From NCBI RefSeq assembly GCF_006345805.1, contig NC_043019.1:9175360-9239359 (forward strand): DNA of 64,000 nt, written 5' to 3'. Shown in pieces: positions 12,591 to 24,532 of this stretch (position 1 is the first letter of the stretch; the number at the start of each line of letters is the position of its first letter). The position numbers and the translations under genes were made by a program. The notes beneath the pieces are model-generated. The model saw nothing but the letters and a program-made list of their open reading frames with translations, was not told where the DNA came from and did no database searches. The DNA comes from Octopus sinensis. Lineage: Eukaryota.

Positions 12591-13908
12591 CAGCACGGCA
12601 ACTGAAACAAACACCATAATATATGCCACCGCCACCCCCACGTGTCTATACGTTGCAACAAACTACAATGAAGTATCTGAGCCTTGCCTACACCAACAGC
12701 TGGCAAAATTCGGACATTTGGAGTATGACTACTACTACTACTACTATTAATATAATGCCGCCACATCATCCAACCGATGGTGAGTAGCCTACAGCAACAT
12801 TTGGATGTTTTGTTTCCATCAACGCATGGAAAGTCGATTACACCAACATTTGAAGAGTCACTGTTGCTGCTAACGCTGAACGATTGGAATGGTTTAATGG
12901 AACCTGGATACATTTTTCAGACTGGCTTTCTTCTGATGATGGAGCTTTTGCGCCGGATATATAAAGGATTTATGAAACTTACCACATTGTCAGAATCTTT
13001 TTTTTCATTTTCCCTTTATTCTTTCCCTCGATACACACACACATATATACACACACATATGTACATATATACATACACTGGAGAATAGGGTAAAGGGCAT
13101 TATATTTATTCCAATGTTTACACTTGTTTCATCAACGCGGAGATGACCAATCAGATGTCATGTCTATGGACATGGATGATAAAAAGAAATTAGCCATGCG
13201 CAACCATTTTTGCTTCAAAGAGGTTTCTCTTTTCTTTTCCACATGACCATTATCCTTATCATCAGTACCGTCATAATTTCTCTCCTTCTCCATCTCCTCA
13301 ACATTATCAACATCATTATGATCCTCATCGATAGCTTCATTACAAGTTATTTGCTTACACGGAGAGAAAATCGATTCGATCTAAATGTGATGCAACAAGA
13401 ACAACAATAAAAGCAGGAAGCATCAGCAGCGCCACCACAACGGAAATACTGACAACAGCAACGCGCGAGAGCGGCAACAGTTTTTAAGTTGAGTACTTTA
13501 AAGAATTTGAGGAATGTAGAGAAAAATTACTTTAACTGAAGCAAATGTCTTATGAAACTGTAATCACAACAAAACTAACAACAACAACAACAATAAAGAT
13601 GATAACGACAATTACATCAATCGCCTTACCCCCCCCCTCAACGCCTCCCACCCACTTCCGTATCACTTGAGAAGTATCTACACCTTGTATCTTTGGCGTA
13701 TTCTCACCACCTCCATCGACATCGACACCACTACCTCCAGCTACAACCACTTCCTACTCCCACCCCCGCTTCCCAGTTGCCAGCCAGTGAGGCACCAGAG
13801 TTTGGTATCAATGTTCATCTTCCTTCAATTCTGCGAGGAAACATTCGAGAATTCGTCGACGTTGCAAGCGCGAGTGGATTGTGTGCGGGCGTGTATATAC
13901 ATATACAG

Positions 13909-13909
<1 letters not shown>

Positions 13910-13995
<86 letters not shown>

Positions 13996-14348
13996 TTGCG
14001 TGTGTGTGTGTATATATATATATGTGTGTGTGTGTTTGCGTGTGTGTGTATATATATATATATATGGTGTGTGTGTGTGTTTGCGTGTATATATATATGT
14101 GTATATATATATGTATATATATATATATGTGTGTATATATACATATATATATATGTGTGTGTGTGTATATATATATATATGTATATATATATGTGTATAT
14201 ATATATGTATATATATATATATGTGTGTATATATACATATATATATATGTGTGTGTGTGTATATATATATATATGTATATATATATGTGTGTATATATAC
14301 ATATATACATATATATATATGTGTGTGTGTGTGTGTATATGTGTGTGC

Positions 14349-14380
<32 letters not shown>

Positions 14381-14560
14381 GTGTGTATATATATATGTGT
14401 GTGTATATATACAAATATATATATGAGTATATATGTGTATATATACATACATATATATATATATTTATATATGTATGAATATTTAAGTATATATAATATA
14501 TGTATGTATATATGTAGATACATACATACATATAGAAACATACATACATATAGAAATATT
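13910..14560. repeat. Large (CA)/(TA)/(TG) compound microsatellite
   Basis: Direct reading; it is the source of many spurious Y/I/C/V ORFs. Confidence 0.95.
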
Positions 14561-14977
14561 CGTGTATGTATGCATGTGTGTAGAGCAGTTGAGTGTTGCA
14601 TAGTTAACCTGGTGAATTGAAAAACTGCAATTACCAAAGATTGCCTGTGCAACCAGAAGAGAAAATCTCACTGAAAAACGTTGGAAATCGACAAAAGTGC
14701 AGGAAGCAAGGCAGATAATTCAAACAATATCAGCCGTTCGTCTGTCTCCTCCTACCCCCTCCCACCATCCATTATTATCTTATTTTTCAAAATATTTCGA
14801 TTAACTGATATCGTTGCTGTAATCTAAGTTAATTGTTGTTGGTTTTATTTTCTATTTTAAACATCTTCTACGGAGAGAGTTTTTTCCTCGTGATTAGGAT
14901 AATCTTACTTGATTGAAGCTATTTCGAACTACCGAAATAAATGTTGACACTACACACACACGTGCCCACATATACAA

Positions 14978-15022
<45 letters not shown>

Positions 15023-15023
15023 A

Positions 15024-15270
15024 TTCTTTATTTACTTGTTTCAGTCATTTGACTGCGGACATGGTGGAGCACCGCCTTTAATCGAACAAATCGACCCCAA
15101 ACCTTTTTTTTTTTTTTTTTGTAAGCCCTAGTGCTGGTTCTGCTGGTCTCTTTAGCCGAACCGCTAAATTACAGGGAACTTAAACATACCAACATCTGTT
15201 GTCAAGTCACGGTGTGGCAACAAATACAGATACATGTACGCAAACACTCACACACACATATATATACAAC
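15024..15270 (-). mobile_element. SINE family A, 3' half
   Basis: tttacttgtttcagtcatttgactgcggacatggtggagcaccgcctttaatcg... is the reverse complement of the family A tail. Confidence 0.85.
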
Positions 15271-15970
15271 CGTCTAAGGGATAAATGTATTTGGAAGCTG
15301 TCGTTTTGTGTGACGTGTTATGACATGAAACTGTAAATAAATCAACTTCTGCTTCACACAGGACATAAAACCCATCACAACTTTTTTTTTATTCTTTAGA
15401 ATTTTCACAAAATTTTGCGAATTTGAATTCTACGCTCGGGAATTCAAACGAATATGCAAAAACCAAAGAAAGAAAAAAGAAAAATTGGAGGTGCGTGATT
15501 TAAGGACTATTTGGCTGTTATTTTTAGCACATCTCTCAACCAAGGCGCATGCAGCAGGTGGGCACAATGAGCAGAACACAGTGGCGAGGCACATGCTTTC
15601 GCATAGAATATATTTATCAACACGTGCTATCTCACAAACAAAAGAGCTCTCATGTTTAGCTTGTTACCATGGAAACAAGCATGAATGTGTTTGCGGCTTA
15701 CGATTGGCTAAAATTATCTAAAATTTGCAAGCTTCAAAGACTAATAAGTCTTTATTGATTTATGGCGAAAATGAATTTCATGGCATTAATTAGCATATAA
15801 AACTACATCATTACACCGAATATGAAATCACGTCGAACAGAAACTGAAGAGATTGAAAATGGGCTGTCAAATAAAAGGTCCGTGTGTATGTGTAAATATT
15901 GGGTTGGCAACTAAGTTCCTGCCGCTTTTTAATTTAATTTTTTAGAAGGTTTAAAAAAAATAACAGCTAA

Positions 15971-17240
15971 TTAATCAATAATGTATTCACTTTTGTTGTT
16001 TACAACTTTTTCACAACTTTCAACAACATTTTCAATACCTATTTCTTTACTACCCACAAGGGGCTAAACACAGAGAGGACAAACAAGGACAGACAAACGG
16101 ATTAAGTCGATTATATCGACCCCAGTGCGTAACTGGTACTTAATTTATCGACCCCGAAAGGATGAAAGGCAAAGTCGACCTCGGCGGAATTTGAACTCAG
16201 AACGTAGCGACAGACGAAATGCCGATAAGCGTTTCGCCCGGTGTGCTAACGTTTCTGCCAGCTCGCCTACCACGTTGGTAGAAATCACCCGATTTCGACT
16301 CGAAAAATTGATCTAACCAAGCTCTCAATTATGCGTCAGTATTGAACGAAACTCTGTGCATAGCATTGAAAGAGATCGAAAGAGGTGGAAATCTGTTGGT
16401 GCCAAATTAGGAGAGCACAGCGGGTGTGGCAGCACTTCCCAGCCATGCGTTTGAATGGCTTCCTTGGTCATATTGGCGATATGAGGGCGGGCGTTTTCGT
16501 GCAGCAGAAGAACTCAATGCTGCCGATTAGGTTTTTCTCTTGAATAGCCGTGTTGAGTCGTTCCATCTGTTGAACATTGAGTTCCGCATTGACTGTTTGG
16601 TTCCCTTCAAGCAATTCGTAATGGATAATCCCTTCACAATCCCACCATACGCACAACATCGCTTTACGAGGATGAAGATTTTATTTCACGCGCGTTGTCG
16701 CTTGTTTACCGGGGCTAAGCCATTCCTTACACTGCTTCATATTGATATACAGGCACCATTTTTCGTTGTCAGTAACGATTCTGTAAAAAAATTATTTGTG
16801 TCCATCAGTTGAGCGCTGACGAGCAAGCAAACCAGAGGAAATTGTGGCTCGTTGATTTTTGTTGTTGTCACTTAAAGCATACGGAATCCATGCTCCATAC
16901 TTCTTAATATTTCCCATCCAGTGAAGATGCTTTTCTATAGCAGTGTGAGAGCATTCCATTTTCTCTACCAGTTCCTTTGTCGTTTAACGAGAATTTTCGT
17001 GCAAAAGTTGGTTTAATCGCTCTTCATCGAACTCAACTGGACAGCCAGAACGAGGAGCGTCTTTGAGGTCAAAATTTCCATTTTTGAACTTGGCTTGCCA
17101 ATCACGGGCGGTTCTTTCAGCTATGGCACCCTCTTCATACACAGCACAAATATCGCGAGCAGCTTTTGGGGCCTTAGAACCTTGATTAATGCAGAAAGGA
17201 GGTGTCGAAAATGCTCGTTTTTCTTAAGTTGGAATGTCAT
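15971..17240 (-). pseudogene. Mariner DD34D transposase pseudogene with stops, frameshifts and a SINE insertion
   Basis: MTFQLKKNEHFRHLL...WIPYAL (WVPHEL-like)...IVTDNEKW (TGDEKW-like)...MLCVWWDCEGIIHYELL...HENARPH...HPLCSPNLAPTDFHLF (YSPDLAPSD-like)...FYQRG[SINE]IENVVESCEKVVNNKSEYIID*. Confidence 0.92.
16040..16267 (-). mobile_element. tRNA-headed SINE family B (tail type 1) inserted in the mariner, with a 4-bp TACC duplication
   Basis: Near-identical to 61118-61353 (reverse complement) and 20110-20331. TACC occurs at 16036-16039 and 16268-16271. Confidence 0.92.
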
Positions 17241-17894
17241 TTTAATGATCTGAAAATAAACAAAAATTAACTAAAATTAACGAGAACAGAAAAAGAAAAA
17301 ATTCCAAAATGATTCAAAAATAGAATTCTCGAAAAAAAAATAGATTCCAAAATTTTAAAACGCCATGAATTCCAAAATGTAAGAAAAACGGCGGGAACTT
17401 AGTTGCCAACCCAACAATTCCTTCAGCTTTCGAAATGATACATTTTCAAGAAGCAAGAACCGAATGAGATCACATATCATTCACTAGAACTGGGACCAAA
17501 GACTTTCCAGATATGACCATCCTAGTCACCTGTCACACGTCTTACACTTTTCTACAACTACCTTACCAAAACGGTTTGTTTTCAAAGCGATTTCTATTTG
17601 TGTTAGCTGTACTTTTAAGCAATTGTGGTGATTTTTCTGAAGGACTTCAGTTTTCCAATGTCAATACATATTGGCGCGAAGTCTACTTAAGATTTGCCTA
17701 CAGCGAGGATTGAAACCAGTAACAGCCACTCCCAAATACACATACACACACACACATGTATGTATACATAGATATATAAATATAATATAATATATATACA
17801 TATATGTACATATTTGTGTTTGTACGTATGTATATATATATCAATATATGCATATATATATATATACACATATACTTATGTATGCATGTTTATA

Positions 17895-17941
<47 letters not shown>

Positions 17942-18430
17942 AGAGAGGGGAGGTTGGGGGAAACTGAGAGAGGCGTTGTTGTCACAGCTGGAATACTTTT
18001 GATTGATAAACACCTGCTAAGTGCGACCTTACCTGGAGCTAAATCACTTCAACAAGATCAACCATTGTCGCATATTAGGCTTAATGAAAGCTTAGGTATT
18101 ATCTTGTTTTTAAAAGCTGTAGTGATGTACGTGGTATTAAAATATTTAAAACTTTACACGTAGTCACCTTATCTCACCTGCAACCATATCAGGTGAGTTT
18201 CATTTAATTGAACTCGTGGGTTTCAAATTAACAACCTTTATCTTTCCTTTGCCTTTTGCTTTTCTTCTTTTTTAACCTCCCGAGGAAATGAAAGTAGCAG
18301 GAAGATTGTGCCTCGCCTTTCCTTAACACTCACCTTGCGTGCTTTGTGGGTTTATTTTGGTGCTCGGTGTAATGTAGATTAATTATCTGATTCATAGAGG
18401 AAAGGAAGATAGTTTTTAATCATCTCTTCT

Positions 18431-18471
<41 letters not shown>

Positions 18472-18601
18472 GTCTCTGTGAGAAAAGTATATGAATACGT
18501 AGTGTATGTATAGCCGGGGGTTAAGAAGATTCTTACTTTCTTTAGCGCCAACAGACGCATACACACGCACTCCCTCCCTCTTAGTCTCTTTCTCTCTCTC
18601 T

Positions 18602-18641
<40 letters not shown>

Positions 18642-18712
18642 TATTATATATAAGCATATACATATATATATATATATATATAATATATATATATAATATA
18701 TATATATATAGC

Positions 18713-18755
<43 letters not shown>

Positions 18756-18789
18756 TATATATATATATATATATATAGTAAATCCCAAG

Positions 18790-18850
18790 AAACGAAGAAC
18801 AAACAAAAAACAACGTGAGGACGTGGAAAATGTAAAGTATTAGCAGAAGC
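18790..18850 (-). repeat. Fragment of the repeat seen at 26235-26410
   Basis: aacaacgtgaggacgtggaaaatgtaaagtatt aligns with aacaacgcgaggacgtggaacaaatatagtatt. Confidence 0.5.
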
Positions 18851-19496
18851 TACGCTAATATATATATATATATATATATATATTCTGTCAATTTATATTT
18901 ATCAAGTTAGCTAACTATATACACGTGTGCCTGTATGTGTGTTTGCATGTATGTATGTGTATGACAGACAACATCCAGACAGACAGACAGACAGATAGAC
19001 ATGCAGAGAAACTGAGAGAGAGAGAAACAGGCAGACAGAGGGTTGCCTGGTCCTTTCTGTGTGTATGTATCTCTAAAATGGACGGCCAGAGGGCCATTGA
19101 GGCAAATCCCTCAAAGAATCCCCAAAACCAGTCATGTTGATAATATTGAATTGGATTAAAGAAAGAGGAACCCTGGCCGAGTTGTTGTGTTGCAACGGTT
19201 TTCATTCATTGTTCACCCATCACGTGTCACCGTCGTTCTTCCTCGCCTCATTCTTTCTTTCCCTAATTTCTTTTATATCTTTATTCTTCCTCCGTTGCCG
19301 TCGGTGCAAGAAAATGGGGTTTAGAGTTTGTCAGGTGTAGATATTTGTGTGGGAACATATATATATATCTTGTCTTTTACTTATTTCAAACCTTTGACTG
19401 CGGCCATGCTGGAGTATCACTTTGAAGAATCGATCACAGCATTCTATATTTAAGGCATGAGGAATTATATACATTATTTATATTCCAGGTAGTCTA

Positions 19497-19499
<3 letters not shown>

Positions 19500-19546
<47 letters not shown>

Positions 19547-19584
19547 TAACAATGATAATGATAATAATAATAATAATAATAATA

Positions 19585-19625
<41 letters not shown>

Positions 19626-19690
19626 TAACAATGATAATGATAATAATAATAACATAATAATGATAATAATAATAATAATAATAATAATAA
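19500..19690. repeat. (AAT)n microsatellite with a duplicated interruption
   Basis: The interruption aacataacaatgataatgat occurs twice within the tract. Confidence 0.9.
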
Positions 19691-19840
19691 TATCGAAAAA
19701 TATCTTAGGACTGAGAACTCAGGTTCGAAATTTCTCCAAGACACCTGATGAAGGCTGGAGGGTATATCAGCCGAAACGTTGTGTTGGCAACAAAGACGAT
19801 GAGGACAAATATCCGTCAAATGTAAACAATGTACATAAAT
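19691..19840 (+). mobile_element. Short hammerhead-bearing dispersed repeat (Penelope pLTR-like), copy 1
   Basis: About 9 differences over ~147 nt from 60202-60350 by eye count. It starts immediately after (AAT)n. Confidence 0.75.
19740..19785 (+). ncRNA. Minimal type I hammerhead ribozyme motif
   Basis: gacac-CTGATGA-a-ggctg(gagggtatat)cagcc-GAAA-CG-TT-gtgtt. Stem I is gacac/gtgtt, stem II is GGCTG/CAGCC, the palindrome AACGTT replaces helix III, and the putative cleavage triplet is GUU. Confidence 0.65.
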
Positions 19841-19977
19841 GTTTTTTGAATTTGGTACTTATTTCATCGGTAGTTTGGCTGAACTGCTAGATTCCGGGAA
19901 CATAAACGTACCATCACCGGTTTTCAAGTGGTAGTGGAGGGAAAATGACACAACGACACACATACTTTTATATACAG

Positions 19978-20034
<57 letters not shown>

Positions 20035-20050
20035 GCGCACACACACATAA

Positions 20051-20565
20051 CCGTCTTTTAGTGGTTAAGGGATTCGCCCCGCGTTCATAAGGTCGTGAGT
20101 TCGATTGCCTATTTCTTTTCTCCCCACCAGGGGGCTAAACACAGAGAGGACAAACAAGGATAGCCAAACGGATTGAGTCGATTATATCGACCCCAGTGCG
20201 TAACTGGTACTTACTTAATCGACCCCGAAAGGATGAAAGGCAAAGTCGACCTCGGCGGAATTTGAACTCAGAACGTAGCGGCAGACGAAATACCGCAAAG
20301 CATTCCGCCCGGCGTGCTAACCATTCTGCCAGTGAGTTTGATTGCCGTCGCGTTGTGTGTGCTTGAACAAGACACTTTGTTTCACGTTGCTCCACTCAAC
20401 TGGCAAAACTGAGTAGTGCCTGTAATTCACATCTTGTGCCACGTTGAATCTCCCTGAGAACTACGTTAAGGGTTCGCGTGTCTGTGGAGTACCCAGCCAC
20501 TTGCATGTTAATTTCTTGTGCGGGCTCAAGTGGCGCCCTCATTGTCGTAACCGACGGAGTGCCAG
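20051..20565 (+). mobile_element. SINE family C interrupted by a family B SINE
   Basis: Head tagtggttaaggg...gtgagttcgattgcc. The body resumes at 20347 and aligns with 1520-1760. Confidence 0.8.
20110..20331 (-). mobile_element. SINE family B (tail type 1) with a 15-bp target-site duplication
   Basis: Flanked by gtgagttcgattgcc (20095-20109) and gtgagtttgattgcc (20332-20346). Confidence 0.92.
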
Positions 20566-22269
20566 CTATATATAGGATGGGCTTCTTTCAGTTTTCGTCC
20601 CGTAACTTAGCAGTTCGGCAAAAGTGCTAGGGTTGATTTGTTCGATTAAAATTCTATGAGGTGGTGTCCCAGCATGGCCGCAGTAAAAAGATAAGATTCA
20701 TTTCTGTGATTCCTAAGTGATTGAAGACCACAAAATTTGGTGAAACTGTTTGACGATGATGTTTTATGAAAGCCGGAGAGATGACAGGCAACATAGCCCT
20801 TGACAGGATTTGAACACGGGAACTAAAGAAGATTTAACTACCTTGCGAAACACTTTTTCCAATGCATTAATTAATCTACCAATCAATCGCCCTTATTAGA
20901 GATAATTATTTCTAACCTAGACAAAAGGTCCTGATATTTGGAGGAAAGCTGATGATATTAATCTCAGGACTCATTCGGTATTTTATTTTAACGACCACGA
21001 AATTACAAAATGCACAGATGAATACCACGAGATTTGAGCTTCGAATGTAAGGGATCGGAAGAAATACGGCAAACCACGTTAACTAACGCTCTAACGATTT
21101 GTCTGCCGCCACTCCCCGCGCCCCCATTCTTGTATTGCTTTTCTTAGAGGGACACGTGATCATAAGGCTAGAAGAGTGTGTGGATGAAGTGGACGCCTTC
21201 CCTGGAACTTTATTTCATCGATTACAAATTGGTACAAAGCGAAATTGATTCTGTGCAGGATTTTGAAGTGGAAACGTAAAGAGCTGAAACTGAATAACGA
21301 AAGTAATTTTGTTCGACAATCTGACGACGCTGCTGAACACGACCAGCTTCAGACTAATTGTGTAGTAATAATAATAAGAAGAAGAAGAAAAAAATGAACA
21401 AGAAAAATACGACAATAAATCAGTGAGAAACGAGGCTGCTCTGCCTTCATTTCCGAAATGTCTACCAGTCATGTCGTTAGCTGCACCGTTTGCGATACAA
21501 TTACTTGCATGATAAAGGCATGACTCACACACACAGCCACCAGGAGAGTATGCATAATATGTGCAGCGCGGTATCAACTCTTCTGTTTGCAAGTCAATGA
21601 AAGTGGCTTCTTGTAAAAATATCTCGGTCTGCTAGAAATAAGAGCTGAATCACCTTTCACCCATACAATAGCGTTATAAAGGTATCTCTCGAAAAATGAT
21701 GTCCCTGGATTGTATTACAATTCTTCGTAGTTGAGAATGATCTGAGCTTACACGACAGGAACACAATTAAAGATAAAATTAGATAATGATAAGAAAAGAA
21801 AACTCAGAGTGGATATTGGCAGGAAGTTTGGTAATTCACTTCAAGAGTGTTATACGAAATTATGAACGCAACAAAAGCCTAAATTAATTGAAATTTCCCC
21901 TCTTAATTGGAGAAAGAAATCAAAAACTTAGTAGTCTTTATTAGTGACTATTCAAGAAAAAAATAAGGGAGATCATTTTAAGAAATTAAGGAGTAATTTG
22001 TCGACTTACTTCACATCAACGCGTTTATGCTGTCATTGATATAGAAAATGAGGTTTACGCTGAACTCCGACTGACCGCATTTTACCTAACCACCGTCTCG
22101 CCTTATTATATATCATAGTATACATTGGCCAATGTATGGCAGTAACATAATTTTAGGCAAAATTTTCTACAATTTTAAATATATTCTTTCCTACTCTAGG
22201 CACAAGGCCCGAAATTTTGGGGGAGGAGGCCAATCGATTAGATCGACTCCAGTACTTGTCAGCAAAATC

Positions 22270-22903
22270 TTTTGGATTTCTCTGAGACATGTTTCTCTTG
22301 AGATCTTATCTAAATGTTTCTGTACCCACAATAACAGGAATAGTTCTCTTTACAGATGCCACATCTTTTGTATTTCAATTTCCAGGTGGTTATATTTGCT
22401 TAATTGGGCGAATTCCTTTACAAATATATTTATTTTTATCAGTGGGAACACTTAAATCTATTAGTCTACAATTATTTTCTTCCCTGTCTTTAATGACTAT
22501 GTCTGGTCGATTAGTCTGGATTGTTTTGTCAGTGATTCGTAGTCATGCTTCAAGAACCCTGCAACGAATTCTTGCAGTTCCAAGCAATCATACTTGCACC
22601 GATCTTTTTCAGCCAAGCTGGTAGTTGAGTGCTGATACTTCTAAGTGCATCAATTACTATTTGTATCATGTCTGCTCTTTTCATTGACCACAAACTTCGT
22701 ATTTCCCACTTTAAATCGTCACATCTCTTGCAAACTACCGTATATTTTTCCCTTCCATGCTTTTCTTCTTTTTGTTTGTTCATTTCTTGTTTAAATTTTT
22801 CTTTAGTTGCACAATTTTCAGTTATGATGACGCCGGCCTTCTTTATGGGTTTCAACAGTGGCTCTGCGGCATTTTTTACATACCACCCCAGGCTGTTTTC
22901 CTA

Positions 22904-22904
<1 letters not shown>
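22270..22904 (-). mobile_element. R4/Dong-like RLE LINE fragments, two abutting decayed pieces
   Basis: ENSLGWYVKNAAEPLLKPIKKAGVI...QIVIDALRSISTQLPAWLKKIG, then TNRPDIVIKDREENNCRLIDLSVP...EIEIQKMWHL. Confidence 0.75.
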
Positions 22905-22949
<45 letters not shown>

Positions 22950-22951
<2 letters not shown>

Positions 22952-23745
22952 TTTTTTTCTTCTTCTTTCAAATTTGCTATCATTTCTTGCCGAGTGTCTT
23001 CCCGACTCATAGGGCAAAGAAACTCATAGTATACATTGGTAGGCCATTAAACCAAACTCAGTAGTTCGTTCATTTTTTTTTTTTTAAAGTTAAATTAAAA
23101 TACATGAGCAGCAACAGTTCTCACATCGACAATGCTCTTCTCAACAATACGTGTGATGTACCAGTTAAGACAATCTTTTGCACTTCTTGCAGGGATGGTA
23201 AGCCAGGGATCATTCTCATATAATTTTCGGTTCCCTTCTTGATCATTCCTAGTGCTCCTACGATCACTGATATTGTAACCGCCTTGAGATGCCACATTTT
23301 CTCAATTTCAATGAGTAGGTCTTTATATTTTCTGAGCTTGTCAAACTCTTTCGCTGAGATATTATGATCACAGGGGATGCTCATGTCGATCAATAAGCAA
23401 ACTTTATTGTTTTGGTCTTTCACAACAATATCTGGTTTATTGGCCTTGATGGTTCGGTCTGTATGTACTGGAAAGTCCCACAGAATGGTTACATTTTCTC
23501 CTTCAGTTACAGCCTCAGGGTGGTGATTATACCACTTGTCGGCAGTTTTGATATTGTAATGCCGACTTATTAGCCAGTGGAGATATTGGCCAACTCTGTC
23601 ATGTCTTAATTTATACTCCACTGGTGCTAAGACTTTACATCCAGAGATTAGGTGGTCCACTGTTTCAATCATGTCGTTGCAGAATCGGCATTTTGGGTCT
23701 GCTCCATTTTTCATCACATTGGCCTGGTAGTTCCGAGTTAATAGG
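22950..23745 (-). mobile_element. 5'-truncated R4/Dong-like LINE with 3' UTR, embedded in (AAT)n
   Basis: Flanked by (TTA)n at 22905-22950 and 23748-23873. Homologous to 59545-60185. Confidence 0.9.
23121..23717 (-). pseudogene. Uninterrupted 198-aa C-terminal part of a LINE ORF: CCHC zinc knuckle plus PD-(D/E)xK restriction-like endonuclease
   Basis: CRFCNDMIETVDHLISGC (CCHC), RHDRVG, KPDIVV...LIDMSIP...KLRKYKDL, VIVGALG. It is 5'-truncated and lacks the RT. Confidence 0.9.
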
Positions 23746-23771
23746 CTTTATTATTATTATTATTATTATTA

Positions 23772-23853
<82 letters not shown>

Positions 23854-24483
23854 CATTATTATTATTATTATTCTAACTCGTGTTTTTTTTGGAAATTCTG
23901 GATTCTTGCATTGGTGGCAAGCTTGCTACCTCCACATCATTTGTTCAGCTGTCTCATTCCTTTCCGATAATTCTGGCAGTGCTAAGGAGGCAGACATTTT
24001 GCAACAGCTCTACCGGACATTCTACTTCCATTCTCTTTATCACAACCACATCAGGGCGTGCTCCTTTACACAATCAAAATGAAATACACATAATACGCGT
24101 ATTTCGTTTCGATTAAAGCATAGCTAATGGATCCTCAATCGGTTTCAATAACTATTGTTATCATCGCCTGACCAGTTGAACAACTTTCTTTTCAAATGAA
24201 TATTCCACTAGTATTTGTAACTATACAGTTACCATCAACCAGGATCATTATGCCATATCGTTTAAACTAATCTACAGGCTTCCGCACAGTTTCCGTCTAT
24301 CTAATTTCCCTTACAAGACTTGCTGTATTCTTAGACTACAATAATATATATATATTGCGAGGGTATGAGAGGTATTGGTATGTAGAAGACCTAGAGTGGC
24401 AGGTAACGCTAGGTAAGTGCTTTGGACAGACCGTAGTTAAACTCTAGGTTCGATGGTGATACGAGTGAGGAGTCTAATGTTAG

Positions 24484-24532
<49 letters not shown>

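Larger units (their letters stand above)
15899..17414 (-). mobile_element. Full-length non-functional mariner transposon with ~31-bp TIRs
   Basis: TIRs are ttgggttggcaactaagttcctgccgctttt (15899-15929) and its near-perfect inverse (17384-17414). TA flanks the left end (15897-15898) and CA the right. Confidence 0.93.

Noticed and set aside
13667-14652. Long ORFs of 180-317 aa rich in Y/I/C/V/H/T
   Set aside because: They are translations of (TA)/(TG)/(CA) microsatellites, which lack stops in some frames. The same applies to most of the ORF track.
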